From Cetorhinus maximus (Eukaryota): a stretch of DNA of 64,000 bases. Positions within the stretch are counted from its first letter, which is position 1; each line of letters starts with the position of its first letter. The notes under the pieces were generated by a model. It did not search any database. It was given only the letters and a program-made list of their open reading frames with translations, and had not been told where the DNA came from. The stretch is from assembly GCF_964194155.1 (NCBI RefSeq), contig NC_135886.1, positions 71,486,001 to 71,550,000 on the forward strand, given 5' to 3'. A program made the translations under genes and the position numbers. Of the stretch, positions 1 through 11,837 are shown one piece after another.

Positions 1-535
1 TTCTACATCCACTTGAGAGGGCAGAGGGTACCTCCATTTAATATCGCATCCAAAAGACTGTTGAGATGTTGTAGTTGTATACCCAATCTGGAGGTGGGCC
101 TGTGACAAAGAGACACTATTTCTTCGTCACTTCCAAAGTTTCAAGGTGTAATTTCCGATTTGCCGGCATCAAACGTGTGGTCTGAATGTACTGTAAAAAC
201 CCAAATCATGACAGCTCCGCTGCCCGGTGGCTGCATTGTGAATTTTCAGCCCCTGTCCCATCACACTGAGATTCCAGTAACAGCGGACCATACAGAGTCC
301 CAGCTACCATGTCCTTTCTTTCAGTATGGCAGCTGCTGTTCCTCCCACTATTCAGACGAAAACAAGGCCCAGAAAAACACTGCATCAAGTTACAGCCCGA
401 CCATCTCTGCCTGCCGAATTCAAGGCCCCGGCTCTCCGGACTGAACATGAAATCCGTTTAACTCTGTGGGGGAAAAAGTCCGTACGCAATAAAAATATTT
501 ATAGTCACTCACCAGTTCTGAGCGCTGCGCGGTGC

Positions 536-700
536 CGTACTACATTACCCATAATGCCATTGGGTCCGCGCTCATGCAGAACCTTGGTCACGTGATTTTT
601 GCAGGCGACAGAAAACTACAGTTCCCAGGGACCCCTTGCGGCAATCTGGTGTATGCGCGGAGTCGGCTGCCATTGTGTGACTGAGGAGGAGTAGAGTGAA
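536..700. promoter_or_regulatory. CpG-rich RBM41 promoter with two ZNF143/THAP11-type motifs, an E-box and a YY1-like site
   Basis: ACTACATTACCCATAATGC (~539-557), GTCACGTGA (~587-595), ACTACAGTTCCCAG (~615-628), GCTGCCATT (~666-674), all just upstream of the RBM41 ATG in CpG-rich DNA. Confidence 0.75.
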
Positions 701-701
701 G

Positions 702-709
702 ATGCGCAG
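702..709 (+). CDS. RBM41: RBM41 coding exon 1 (M-R-R)
   Basis: ATGCGCAG then a perfect donor gtaagt; phase 2 joins exon 2 to give MRRVSS, compared with recalled human MKRVNS. Confidence 0.85.
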
Positions 710-1347
710 GTAAGTCACGGAGATCGAGCGGTGAAGGGTGTCAGTGGATTTTATACATCGCAGGCGGATCGGTAATGGGGGCAGGGTTTCCGCAGGATCA
801 AAGCAGGTTATTAATTTCGCTCCGGCCTGAGGAAGATTTATAATCACTGGAAGCTGTTCCCTGGAACAGAGTCTACAGAGGGAGATGGCTGCCTAAAGAG
901 AGGCTTGTGGGTAGTTAAGGAGCAGCAATAAAACAAAACACTGTTGTTTCAGAAAGCTGTAGCGTTATTCGCAGTCACATCTCATGCTGCTCATATGAAA
1001 CCTTATACTTAATTTGAACCTACATACATATTTAATGCAAAAACTGGCCCCAAGGCATTATTTCTTCGGAAGATTTCTGATGTACATGTATCTCCATATG
1101 TAATCAGAATACATCTATAATATATATGCATAATATATATTAAACTAAGTCTCAGCCATAATTAGTGTTAAATTGTTCAATTTAATTTTCAATACAATTT
1201 TCTTATCAAAATACTTTGTTATTTCCAATTGACCTTGGTCACTCTGTTCAAAAGGATAAAATCCTTTTTCAGGTTGGGCATCTCAAAATAGTTGTTCCTG
1301 ACAGTCTCCTGCAACCTGGACGTGAAGATAAAGGAATATAGTTGAGA

Positions 1348-1507
1348 ATCTGAAACAAAAACAGAAAATACTGGAAAAACTCAGCAGGTCTGACAGTATC
1401 TGTGGAGAGAGAAAAAAAGTTGACATTTCAAGTCTGTATGACCTGGGTCATTTCTAGCATTTTCTGTTGTTTCAGATTTCTGGCATCTGCAGTATTTTGC
1501 TTTTATC
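1348..1507. mobile_element. Penelope-like element terminal fragment (inverted arrangement)
   Basis: aaacagaaaatactggaaaaactcagcaggtctgacag... plus its inverted counterpart; same family at 8085-8250, 22758-22971, 31790-32150, 49095-49322, 49580-49665, 60370-60672. Confidence 0.7.
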
Positions 1508-1611
1508 ACAGTGGGGAGTCTATTGTGTTCATGTTTGTCAGGTGTACAGCAGTATGCAGCTTGAGCTTTCTTTGATGCAGTTCCAATATTTTAGGTCTGG
1601 CAAAGAAAGGG

Positions 1612-1830
1612 GGCTAGTTGGCTAGCTTGTGGTTCAGAATAACAGCAACAATGTGCGTTTGATTCATGTTCTGGCTGAGGTAGACTTAGAACCTGCCTCC
1701 TCGCCTTGCCCCTGAGAGGGGAAGGCAATGGCAAGCCACCACTAACAAAAGCAGCCAAGAAAACTGCTCAGGATGAAGCATCAGCTCATAAAGAACCAAG
1801 GACCAGCTTTGGACAGAGCACACATTAATG
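1612..1830 (+). mobile_element. tRNA-derived SINE
   Basis: tRNA-like head and ggaaggcaatggcaagccac tail; related copy on the minus strand at ~25470-25650. Confidence 0.55.
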
Positions 1831-1930
1831 AATGAAAGTGTAAAGAATGTTGTTATTGTCTTTGTTTTAAAAGTAAAGATAAAGTGTAATTACTATAGAC
1901 CTCCATTTATTTAGAGGGTAAGCCCATTAT

Positions 1931-4900
1931 GTGGTGGGATTTTCCATTCTAGAGACTAGGTGCAATGGCAGGTGGGAAACTCGGCGTGATTCCCACTGGG
2001 TGGCCGGGCAGATTTTCACGACGGATCTTCTGCTTTTCAGCTTATTAATTATATGCATTAGTGTGGATCTTGTGGAATCTTGTGACACGGCAGCCAGTGA
2101 TTTGCCTGCCGTGCCATTAACTCATGGGGTCGAAGGTCCTGGCACCATATTTAAACAGCACCCAAACACACATTCATTCACTGCTTGTTAGGTGTGAGCT
2201 GCACATCTGTATGAGCATGGCACCCAAAAAGTCTAAACTCTCGGCTCCACAGTTCAGCGAGGCTTCCCTGGAGAATCTACCCCAGGCTGCCCAGGTAAGG
2301 GGGGAGGTGCTCTTTTCTCGGGATGGGAGCAGGAGGCCCCCCTACCTGACCACACTGGCCTGGGAGGAAGTTGCCAGGGAGGTCAGCACTGTGGGCAACA
2401 AAAAAGGACCGCCCTGCAGCCCTGAGAAAGGATGAATCATCTGATCCACTCAGCCAGGGTAAGTGAACCTTCTCCTCACTCCAAACTCTCACCCTGATAA
2501 GGGCATCAGGCAATCTAAGGGTTAGAGCCCACAGGGATGTCGCACATTACCAGCAGATGGGACATCAATGATTGCCTGCTAGCCACTTTAATATCACCAT
2601 CTCATGTAAGATCATGCACATACAGCACCTTCATTGTTTACTGGAGAGGGCTCAGCTGACGCAGCAAGCATGCATGCTTCTGAACTGCTCTTTCATCCAT
2701 AGTGCTCACAGTCAATCCATCTGTCTATGCAGGACAAGATTTCCCACAGCAAAAGGGAGAGAGCCAAGACCAGAGGGGGAACCCAGAGTTGAGGGCACTC
2801 CCTGTACAAGGAACAGGCTGCAGAGCTGGCTGGAGAGGATAGAGATCGTTCCTGCATGGAAGGTGAGATCGGCCTCCCCCCAACAAGCCATTGAGGGTGC
2901 ATCTAGTATACATTGGCCACACGGGGACAATGACTGTGAGTGACCTAACATGTAGGAGCCTGCCTAGTCAATCATTAATGATGTCTTTTGTTTATTCCAA
3001 CCACAAGCAAGAAAAGATAAAAGACGTTCTCCAGACATCCCAGCCCCAGCCCCCAGGTCACCTCAGATGAGGAAGCAGACATCCCATTTGTTGAAGAACC
3101 GTCACTGCGTTTGCTTGCACCCTCCATAAGTGCAGATACACACCTCAGTGGGAACTAGTTCTAGAGTAGGCTTGGGTTCACAATTTGGTGATCACCTCAC
3201 AGACGCGGGTCCACAGCAGGTGGAAGCAGTGGCAGCCAAGTTCTCTATCATTTGGAGGACTGCTGGAGACCAGGTTCTTGCAAAATCCGAGTCTGATGAA
3301 GAGCCTCTGTAATTGGCCCTTAGAGAAATGTTGGAGATGCAAAGGCAGGTAGGGCTTTCAGAGGCTATCAACAGACTGGATGGAGGAGTCCATTCATGTT
3401 TTGTCTGATCTTGTGGCTTCATCATGCCAAAGTCTCCAGGGGAAGGGTAGTGGCCATCTTGGAGACCCAGGTCCAGCAGAATGCGCAGTTTCTGTTGGAT
3501 TTGCGCTTGGACCTGCACTCTGTCACTGTAGCCATGGGTGCGTTCCAGCAATGGCTAGGCGAAAGGGGGATGGGGCACCTTGATCTTCCTCAAGGAATCA
3601 GGGAGGGGCCCTTGGGCACCCAAAGGGAGGAGAAGCATTAGCCAGGTATCCACCCAGGAGTCTGCAAGAGTGTCCTGCTTCAAATCCCCTCTGCTTTGAC
3701 CACATTAACCCCAGCAGGTCAGGCCAAGGAGGGTGGATCTGGACCTGAGCAGGAGACCTTTATCAGAGTGGGGCACTCCAGGCTTCAGGCCTCCTGAGGA
3801 TGCCTGTCTAAGTCATCTCGGATAACATGGCATAGCAGTCAGCAAGCTGCCTCCACCTCTGCTGCGTATGCTGGGGCTGCACCTAGACATAGCGGTAGAG
3901 CAAGGAAAATATTAAAAGTTGTGAATGCACAATGGTGGCACAGGTGTTCAATCACTATCTGCTTTTCACTTTGTAAACATATTTCGCTTTTATCTCTCTC
4001 CAAGTCTCAGGTATTGAATGGCTCATCAATATGATGCAATGCCCTGCATTCATTCAAGGGCACCAAATACCATCCCCTGCCCCAATTATCTCATATCTTG
4101 ACCCTCAATTTCACGAGGTCTCACTCAATCTCATCACAGTCAGTTGCTTTTAGTTCCACATCGACGGCATGAACAAAGGCATTTCCAATATGAAAATGAT
4201 GGTTGGACATTGCACATGTAATTCTTGCATCTGGGGCTCACATTACGTGACCACATGAGACTGGTTCGTGGAAGGTTAATGATTATCCTGATGTTGCCAC
4301 ACTGAAGTCTGATCTTTGTGGATGTTATAAGTATTTATTTCATCCATGTGCACTTGGCCATGGTCTTTATTTTATGACTGTGATGTTTTGGTAAAAGTAT
4401 TATTCATCGTTGAGCACCATAACCTTTCGTGCCTCCCTACTTGACAGGCATGAATGTCAGAGGTGTGTGCTCATCCTGATGAAGCCATCCAATTACCTGT
4501 GAGTATCTTACTTTGCTCCAGAATGGCTGCCTAGCTTTGGTTGATGGAGTCCTTCTGAGGTCACAAAACACCATTCAATATGGATTTCATTGCATGACTG
4601 TGCAATCAGTGTCGTAGGGTTCATAGCAAGGATTGATCTTTGAGATGGAAAATGTTGATGATTATAATGGTATAAAAGTGATGCTCCAGCACATCTCCTG
4701 AGTGCTCATCAGTATCTATGAAGAGACTAAATTATCACTGACTGCTGTGTCAAAACTGATTAGGCCACATCATTCCTAGATGCCAAAGCAACGCAGGATG
4801 GAAACTTGGCAGGGTTCCGAATGCAGGGGGTAATGAGTGTCAATAATCACACGATGGTCCTGCTGACCCACTCTGTGAGTACAATGCTAACATAACTCGC

Positions 4901-6326
4901 AGGTTTGCATCCATGCTGTCATGTGACAGATCACTGTGTCCTGATGTCCGATGGCATCTTGGGGCTCAGTATCAAAATGCAGCCTCTGCATTAATCATAC
5001 ATGAGAGCTGGCGCTTGGAGAGATGGTGCTGTCTGCTTGTAGCTCCGTCTTCAGACGGTCAAGTGATAACCGTTGACGGATGTTTTTCCTCTTAGAGCTG
5101 CCTTGCTAAGTTTCTATCACATTGGCATGACTGCATTGATGTGTGCATTAGCATTTCTGCCTCTTGAAGGCTGCCATGGCCACTGACTTTTTCGCATATG
5201 GTTGAAAGGACTGCACTATGCATAGTTGCTTAAGGATGAGCGCTAGTGGAGTGCTTATTCCATTACACAGCAGCCACATGCTCCCTAAGCTACTGTGCCT
5301 TCCAAGGATGTCCTCATCATTAGGGTTGGAAGTGATTTGTGCTTCTTCCGTTATCGTTTTGTCGACCTGACCCCACGCCTTCAAGGCCACATGCAACCCT
5401 GACTTTCCGGGACACACCCCAACGAGACCATCCAGTGCACCCCCCCCCCCCCTCCCCCCCCCCAAATGACTTTTCAGCTACCCACATTCAGGATGCAAAT
5501 GCCTCTCCTGACCCCAGAGAGGCCTTGCCCCACCTAAGACTGGGACCAAGACTTGCAGAGCCCCCTAACATGGCCCGCATAGCCCCAGGACAGTCTGTTC
5601 AGTATGTCCCTGACAGCGTGGCCTCTGCCTTGTTTAGTCTCTGACTCCTCCTTGGACAGTCTTATAACTCTTGCCCCAGGACGGTCTTTCACTATTCCGC
5701 TCTGTTCCTCGATCACCTCCTCTCCAATCCTACCTCCATCTTCCCCGTTCCCTTCTGTGTTCCACCATCCCTGCCTCCCACCAGTCCTGCCTTTGTCTTC
5801 CCCCTTTCTTCCCATGTTGCACCATGGCCCCCCCACCCCCCCCCCACGTCCTGCTTCTGCCTTCCCCCTCCCCTCTGGTATTGTCCCCATTGCCAGCCTT
5901 GGCACAGCTTGTGAAACAAGCATCCAAAATCTCACAGCAATGTTCTTAAAGGTAGGTGAAAGCAGCGTCTACTAACCTCGAAGTCATTAATGAAGTCAGG
6001 CTCGCCAGGTGCACGCCACTTAGATATAGCCAGGAAACAGACTTTTCTAACAATCTGTTGGTGGGGTGCTTAATTTGAAGGGGGAATGTAATTCTGGTGA
6101 GTTGGCCTTTTAATGAGCATTCATGAGATGCAAATGAATGCAGATGTGGTTCCCAACATAAACCAGTGGGAAACTTGACCCACCTTTAACCTGTCATCAA
6201 AATCAAGACAACAAAATTCTAAACTAATTTCCCGCTGGTGGGAAACTGAATTTTTCCATCACGCCAAATTTAGTGCCCCCACCCGCCACAATTCCCGCTG
6301 CTAGCAGGAGAGGAAAATTTCACCCA
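1931..6326 (+). mobile_element. Decayed PIF/Harbinger DNA transposon with a Myb/SANT-like gene remnant
   Basis: Imperfect TIRs (tggtgggattttcc..tggcaggtggg..ggcgtgat versus revcomp tgggtgaaattttcc..tggcgggtggg..ggcgtgat); exon 2217-2458 encodes MAPKKSKLSAPQFSEASLE..EVLFSRDGSRRPP..AWEEVAREVS then frameshifted KRTALQ..RMNHLIHSAR|gtaagt. Confidence 0.7.
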
Positions 6327-7856
6327 TTGTGTTTTATAGAGACTAAAAGCCCAGGTTTGATTCTGAATTGGGCTCTTGACAGATGTAACTTGAGGTGGTG
6401 ATAGAAATGCTTCAGTAAGCCTGAGTACCTCCGGACTAGGGAGGAGAAATATCAACCAGTGCTCCCAATCCTGATTTCTAGTGATCCCTGCATGGATACT
6501 TGGTGAGGACAGGATTGACTTGGCTATAATGTTCTCTATGTTTTAATAACTTGCATATATAGTTTAAGAAGTTTATAACATGAATATCTTTGTGCAGTCT
6601 GCTTCTGGAAGGAGCAAATGATGAATAGCTGAAAGACTAGTTGCCAGTAGAGCTTTATCCCTGTATGAATCAGTGCACCAAAAGAAAAAGCAAATTGGGA
6701 CAAATTACTAATAAAGTTAGAAAAAAAAAATTAGTTTTGCTGGATTGATGGGGAAGGATCAATCTGGTAAAACATTTTTTTCTAATTCCATGAGTGGTGT
6801 TGCTCTTCTGGTAATGATAGGTTTGCTCTTGGAAAACAGGGAGATAACGACAGTACTGTTGATACTTACTCATAGACTACGACATGATTTTAATGTTTCA
6901 TGGTTTATAGGAATACCGCAGGGACTGAGAATTATTGATAGGACCAAAGAAACTTGTTATGAGCAAGCTTAATCATTGATACTTATCTTCAAATTTTCTC
7001 CTTTAGCTTTTGTTTTCATTTTTATGATTGGAGATCCAATGTAAACAATGCTTATCTCCTCTTGCTTCATTATTTGGGAGGTTAGCATTCACCTGCCTGC
7101 TTCGAGGGCCATACAGGTTAATGGTCATTGGTCTTATTCACTGAGAGGAAAAACTGCCATGAATTATTTTCCTTTCAGTGATGTTTTTGCTGGGTAGTGA
7201 TGCACACAAAGTTACTTGCATCATGTTTATAATCACACAAAAAAGGATCTGCTAAATATGTGTAACTTTGTATTTGCAAAACTCTCAAATCAAAGAATTT
7301 TATGCAGCAATGGTGCCTATTAAACTTATTTCCTTCAAATTCCTGCCCTTTAAAATTTCTTTTCGCTTATGTGATCTTCCCAAAAGCAGACTGTGCAAAG
7401 ATACTCATGTTACAGCAGTATTAACTCCAGGCAGAACATAATATTTGAACCTAAACTCAAAATACAAAGGATCTTTCTTAGACACTGGGATGATTAGAAT
7501 ATCCCTGCTTTCTGGTGCTGAACAGAAACATCACAAGTCGATTTAATGTCAGCTATACAAATTGAAGTAGAAGTAGATTTAGCTTCTCTTGGCTGTTCAT
7601 GAGATAAAAGTATATTTTTGAACAGAAAATATTGTGTTGTAAATCAAAGAAAATAATTAAACCTTTGTTAATTTTCATCAGCAGAAGTATGTATGTGGCT
7701 TTTAATTTTATCCTCCTGATGACATAGCAGAAATGAGGAACTAGCTGCTGTGGCTATGAGTCTATGTCTAATTACAAAATACGAGTTTGTGACCTTGTAG
7801 TATTTTATCCTGGTGTAATGTGAGTAATACCCCTCTCTTTGTTCATCACCATTTAG

Positions 7857-7976
7857 GGTTAGCAGTCGTGTTTGTGGTGATGAGGATGTTGAACCAGAGG
7901 AGCTGGAAACAGAAGGAGAGAGGCAGTTACAAAACCTCTTGAAGCACCAGTTGGACAAAACAGTGACACTTGAAGA
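7857..7976 (+). CDS. RBM41: RBM41 coding exon 2
   Basis: tttag| ... |gtgagt; VSSRVCGDEDVEPEELETEGERQLQNLLKHQLDKTVTLEE matches the RBM41 N-terminus (EELETEGERQL). Confidence 0.95.
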
Positions 7977-9039
7977 GTGAGTATACTAACATTTTAACAG
8001 AATAACTTCTGCATGAAGTAAGAAATTATTAATGATTTTGTACATTGTTCTAATACATAGTAGTACTTTCAAAATTATGAAATAAGAATAGAAAATCCTG
8101 GAAATATTCAGGTCTGTCAGCGTCTGAAGAGAAGATAGGTTAATGTTTCTTGTGGAAACCCTTTATACTGATGGATCTTCTGTGTATTTCTAGCACTTTC
8201 TGTTTTTATTTCAGATTCCCAATGATGCTTGTTTTCTTTTGTTGTTTTTATCTCTACTGATTTTTAAATCTTGCCCATAACATTATATCAGATAATTCTG
8301 AATGACAGTATCTGTGATGTGTAAAACATTTATTATTTTCTTCATTGTCTATTCAAAATTTCATTGAACAAAACCTCCCTAATGTCTTTGTCCCTCATTT
8401 CTTATTGTATGTCTAATTTTTGCTGCTTAATATTGCTGGAGATACATTCTGAAAGAAAGAGCATTTATGACACTTGAGCTCAGTTCTTTCAGATTTGGAT
8501 CTTGCTGTCCAGCTTTGCACAGAAACCCATGTCAACCCTGAGGTTGCTGAAAAACATTCAGTGAAAGAGAATGATCATAAGATGACTCCATGCTACTTCT
8601 GATAAAGCTGCATGAGTATTGGCTTGCAAAGTCTGAGTTACGTCATCATAGCCTGAGAGTTTCAAACACCCACTTCCAGTAAAGGTGTTGACAATTGGTG
8701 ATTAGAGCATCTTGCCAATGTTTTCAGTTCTATTGAGTTAATTTGCATATCTGTAATCACAGAGTCACACAATGTATTGACATTGGTTTGACTTGTTACT
8801 GAGCGAGAAGCTGCTTCAACCAAGTATGAACTCAGGTCAACCTTCACGAGGCTCATTATTTGTTGACCACCAACATTTATCTCATAAGAGAGAGAACTGG
8901 GCCTCCGATGAGAAAAACGGTATTTTTAGAAATGTCCGTCCTATAACTGAAGTTCCTTAATCACTAATTAGTTCTTAAGTTGCTTTATGATATGTTGACT
9001 TATTGCTGTTTTTCCTTAACTTAAGTGTCTTTTTGACAG

Positions 9040-9232
9040 ATGCATAGCTAAGAAGAAATGCTTTGCCCCGAGTGCTTTATACAAGCCATTTGGGGAGCAG
9101 GCAGCAGGAGTGTTGAGTCTGTCACAGTTTCAAACTCTGCAGGATGGAGAAGGGGAGATTGCTGCCCTGAGAGAACTTGGACTTACTGACAGGGAAATAC
9201 AACTCTGGAGAGACAGAGAATCTCTGGTTAAG
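9040..9232 (+). CDS. RBM41: RBM41 coding exon 3
   Basis: gacag| ... |gtaaag; CIAKKKCFAPSALYKPFGEQAAGVLSLSQFQTLQDGEGEIAALRELGLTDREIQLWRDRESLVK. Confidence 0.93.
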
Positions 9233-9451
9233 GTAAAGTATGATTGGAGAGTTTTGGCAAACTCATACAGGGTTAAGTAACAACTTGCAACTTTGGCATC
9301 CAAGCGGGTAGCCTGTTCAAAAGGGTTAATTCTATTTTGTACATAGCAGTCTCAGGAATTTTACATCACGGTGTTAAGTGTATGTACTCCTAGTGTTGCA
9401 CAGTACAGATTTATCCATTAAATTATTACATAGATCACATGAATGCATCTC

Positions 9452-10645
9452 TGAAAACAGGAAACTATAGGCCAATTAGCTTGACGTATATCGTGGGGAA
9501 GTTAGAATAGATCATTGAGAAGGTTATAGCTGGGCACTTAGAAGAGCTCAAGGCAATCGGGAAGACTCAGCATGGTTTTGTGAAAGGAAAATCATGTTTA
9601 ACCAATGTACTGGAGTTTTTTGAAGGAGTAACATGAATAAAGGGGAGCCTGTAGATGTGCTGTACTTGGATTTCTAGAAGGCATTTGATAAAGTACTACA
9701 TCAAAGGTTATTACAGAAAATAAAAGCGCATGGTGTAGGGAGTAACTTATTACCATGGATAGAAGATTGGCTGGCTGGTAGAAAGCAGAGAGTATGCATA
9801 AATGGGTCTTTTTCTGATTGGCAGGATGTGACGAGTGGAGTCCCATAGGGGTCTGTGCTGGGGCCTCAATTTTTTACGATTTACATCAAAGACTTAGATG
9901 AGGGAGCAAAGACATGGTAGCTAAATTTGCACATGACACAGATAGGTAGGAAAGTATGTTAAGAGGACATGAGGAGGTTGCAGATGGATATAGATAGATC
10001 GAGTGTGTGGGCAAAGATCTGGCAAATGGAGTTTAATGTAGGAAAATGTGAAGTTGTTCCCTTTGGCAGGAAGACCAAAAAATGAGTATTGCTTAAATGG
10101 AGAATGGCTAAATATTTCTGAGGTGCAGAGGGATCTAGGTTTTCTAGTACATGGATCACAAAAAGTTAGTATGCAGGTACAAGTAATTAAGAAGGCTAAT
10201 GGAATGCTATCCTTTATTATGAGAGGGATTGGGCTTGTTTCCATTGGAGTTTAGAAGAGTGAGGGGTGATTTGATTGAAGTATACAAGATCCTGAACGGC
10301 CTTGACAAGGTGGATGTCGAAAGAATGTTTCCTCTAGTGGGTGAGTCCAGAACACTGTTTTCAAATTAGGGGACACCCTTTTAGATTCGAGATGAGGAGA
10401 AGTTTTTTCCAGTGAGGGTTGTGCGACTTTGGAATTCTTTGCCTCAAGGCGGTGGAGGCGGGGTCATTGAATATTTTTAAGGCAGAGGTAGATAGATTCT
10501 TGTTATGCGAGGGAATCAAAGGTTATTGGGGGTAGATGGGAAAGTGGAAATCGAAACACAGAAAGATCGGCCATGATCTTATTGAATGGCAGAGCAGGCT
10601 CGAGGGGCTGAACGGTCCACTCCTGTTTCTATTTCCTATGTTCTA
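9452..10645 (+). mobile_element. CR1 LINE, 5'-truncated with an internal deletion
   Basis: RT motifs QHGFVKGKSCLTN, YLDF.KAFDKV, GVP.GSVLGP; CR1 3' UTR with (ttcctatg) tail. Confidence 0.9.
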
Positions 10646-11632
10646 ATGAAGCCATGGAAGAATTTGTGAATGTTCAACATTACTTCAGTTAAATATGGAA
10701 ATTACAAACTGCAGTTTGCAAGTTTATTGTGTGGACAGGAGAGGAAGTTGGAGTATGATTTGCAGTTGATTAAGGAGATGGTGTGACCCTTGAATTGCTG
10801 CAAATGCTAGTGGAAGACAAAGGGAATGCTGTGTTCCCTAGCCACGGTCATGTTTAGAAGTTGATGCAAGATAACTACACGTCATGAAACTTTCAGAGTA
10901 CAATTTATGTTGTCAATTTAAAAAGGAAAGTGGGAAGTTGGACATTGGGCATCACACCCAAATATGAAGCATCTGCAAAGCATTAAAAAATTGAAAACTC
11001 TCTGCACAACTGCATTTCAGTACTACTCTAAGGGATTCATATTAATGTGATTTTGGCTTTGACGTATGGGTCACTCACCATACGGGTATACCCCATTAGG
11101 GTAATGAGTCCTTAACAATTTGCCCTATTAATATTAAGGCACAATCAGTATGACAAAGATCTACTTGGTAAATTGGAGACTGGGTTATGAAAAGTAATAA
11201 GCTTTTGGATGTTGTAAATTCAAAAAGACAAAGGAACAACGGGGATCTTCAGTATGAAGCATTTTTTGACAGGGAAGACTAAAAATTGCTTCCAGGTTGA
11301 ATCACTGAGGGGAGGGAGTTGTAGGTGCTGTTGACGTAAGGCCACGTATTATTAGCATCACAGGTACAATAACACTGGCATGTTGTAATCAGTTTATTAA
11401 ATATTTAATATTTCTTTGTGTGCAACTCTTGAATGAGTGTGTGTGCAACAGTGCTAATCTGCTATCAAACAGATCACAAAGTGCATAAGTACAATTTTTT
11501 TAATCCTGGTCTTTGTGGCCTGATATCTTTTTCATGCCTCACTGCCGCATAAAAGCTGAAATCTGGCACTGAGCAGTAGAGGATTGGAGACAGATCCCAC
11601 ACTTTGAAAGCCAATTCAGTTTGTGTTTAAAG

Positions 11633-11837
11633 TTCTCAGGGCTTGGAGCAGATCCAGCAGCAGTGCAACAAAGACTCCGTGCCATTGAAGAGAAAATTGA
11701 GGAGCGACAGCGACTTCTGTCATTGCCACAGAGATTTGCAGGAAGTAAACAGCTGAACAGGAGGGAGATGGAGATTGAAAATGCCATGTTCCAGGGAACT
11801 GACCGATACACCTTTTTGAAGGCTCTGTATTACCAAG
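11633..11837 (+). CDS. RBM41: RBM41 coding exon 4
   Basis: ttaaag| ... |gtgtag; ...LPQRFAGSKQLNRREMEIENAMFQGTDRYTFLKALYYQ; splice phases consistent with neighbours. Confidence 0.92.

Noticed and set aside
160-448. ORFs 160-444 (+) and 206-448 (-)
   Set aside because: No recognisable protein similarity; short ORFs in GC-rich promoter-proximal DNA.
5440-5850. Poly-C tracts and Pro/Gly-rich ORFs
   Set aside because: Low-complexity sequence inside the Harbinger relic.
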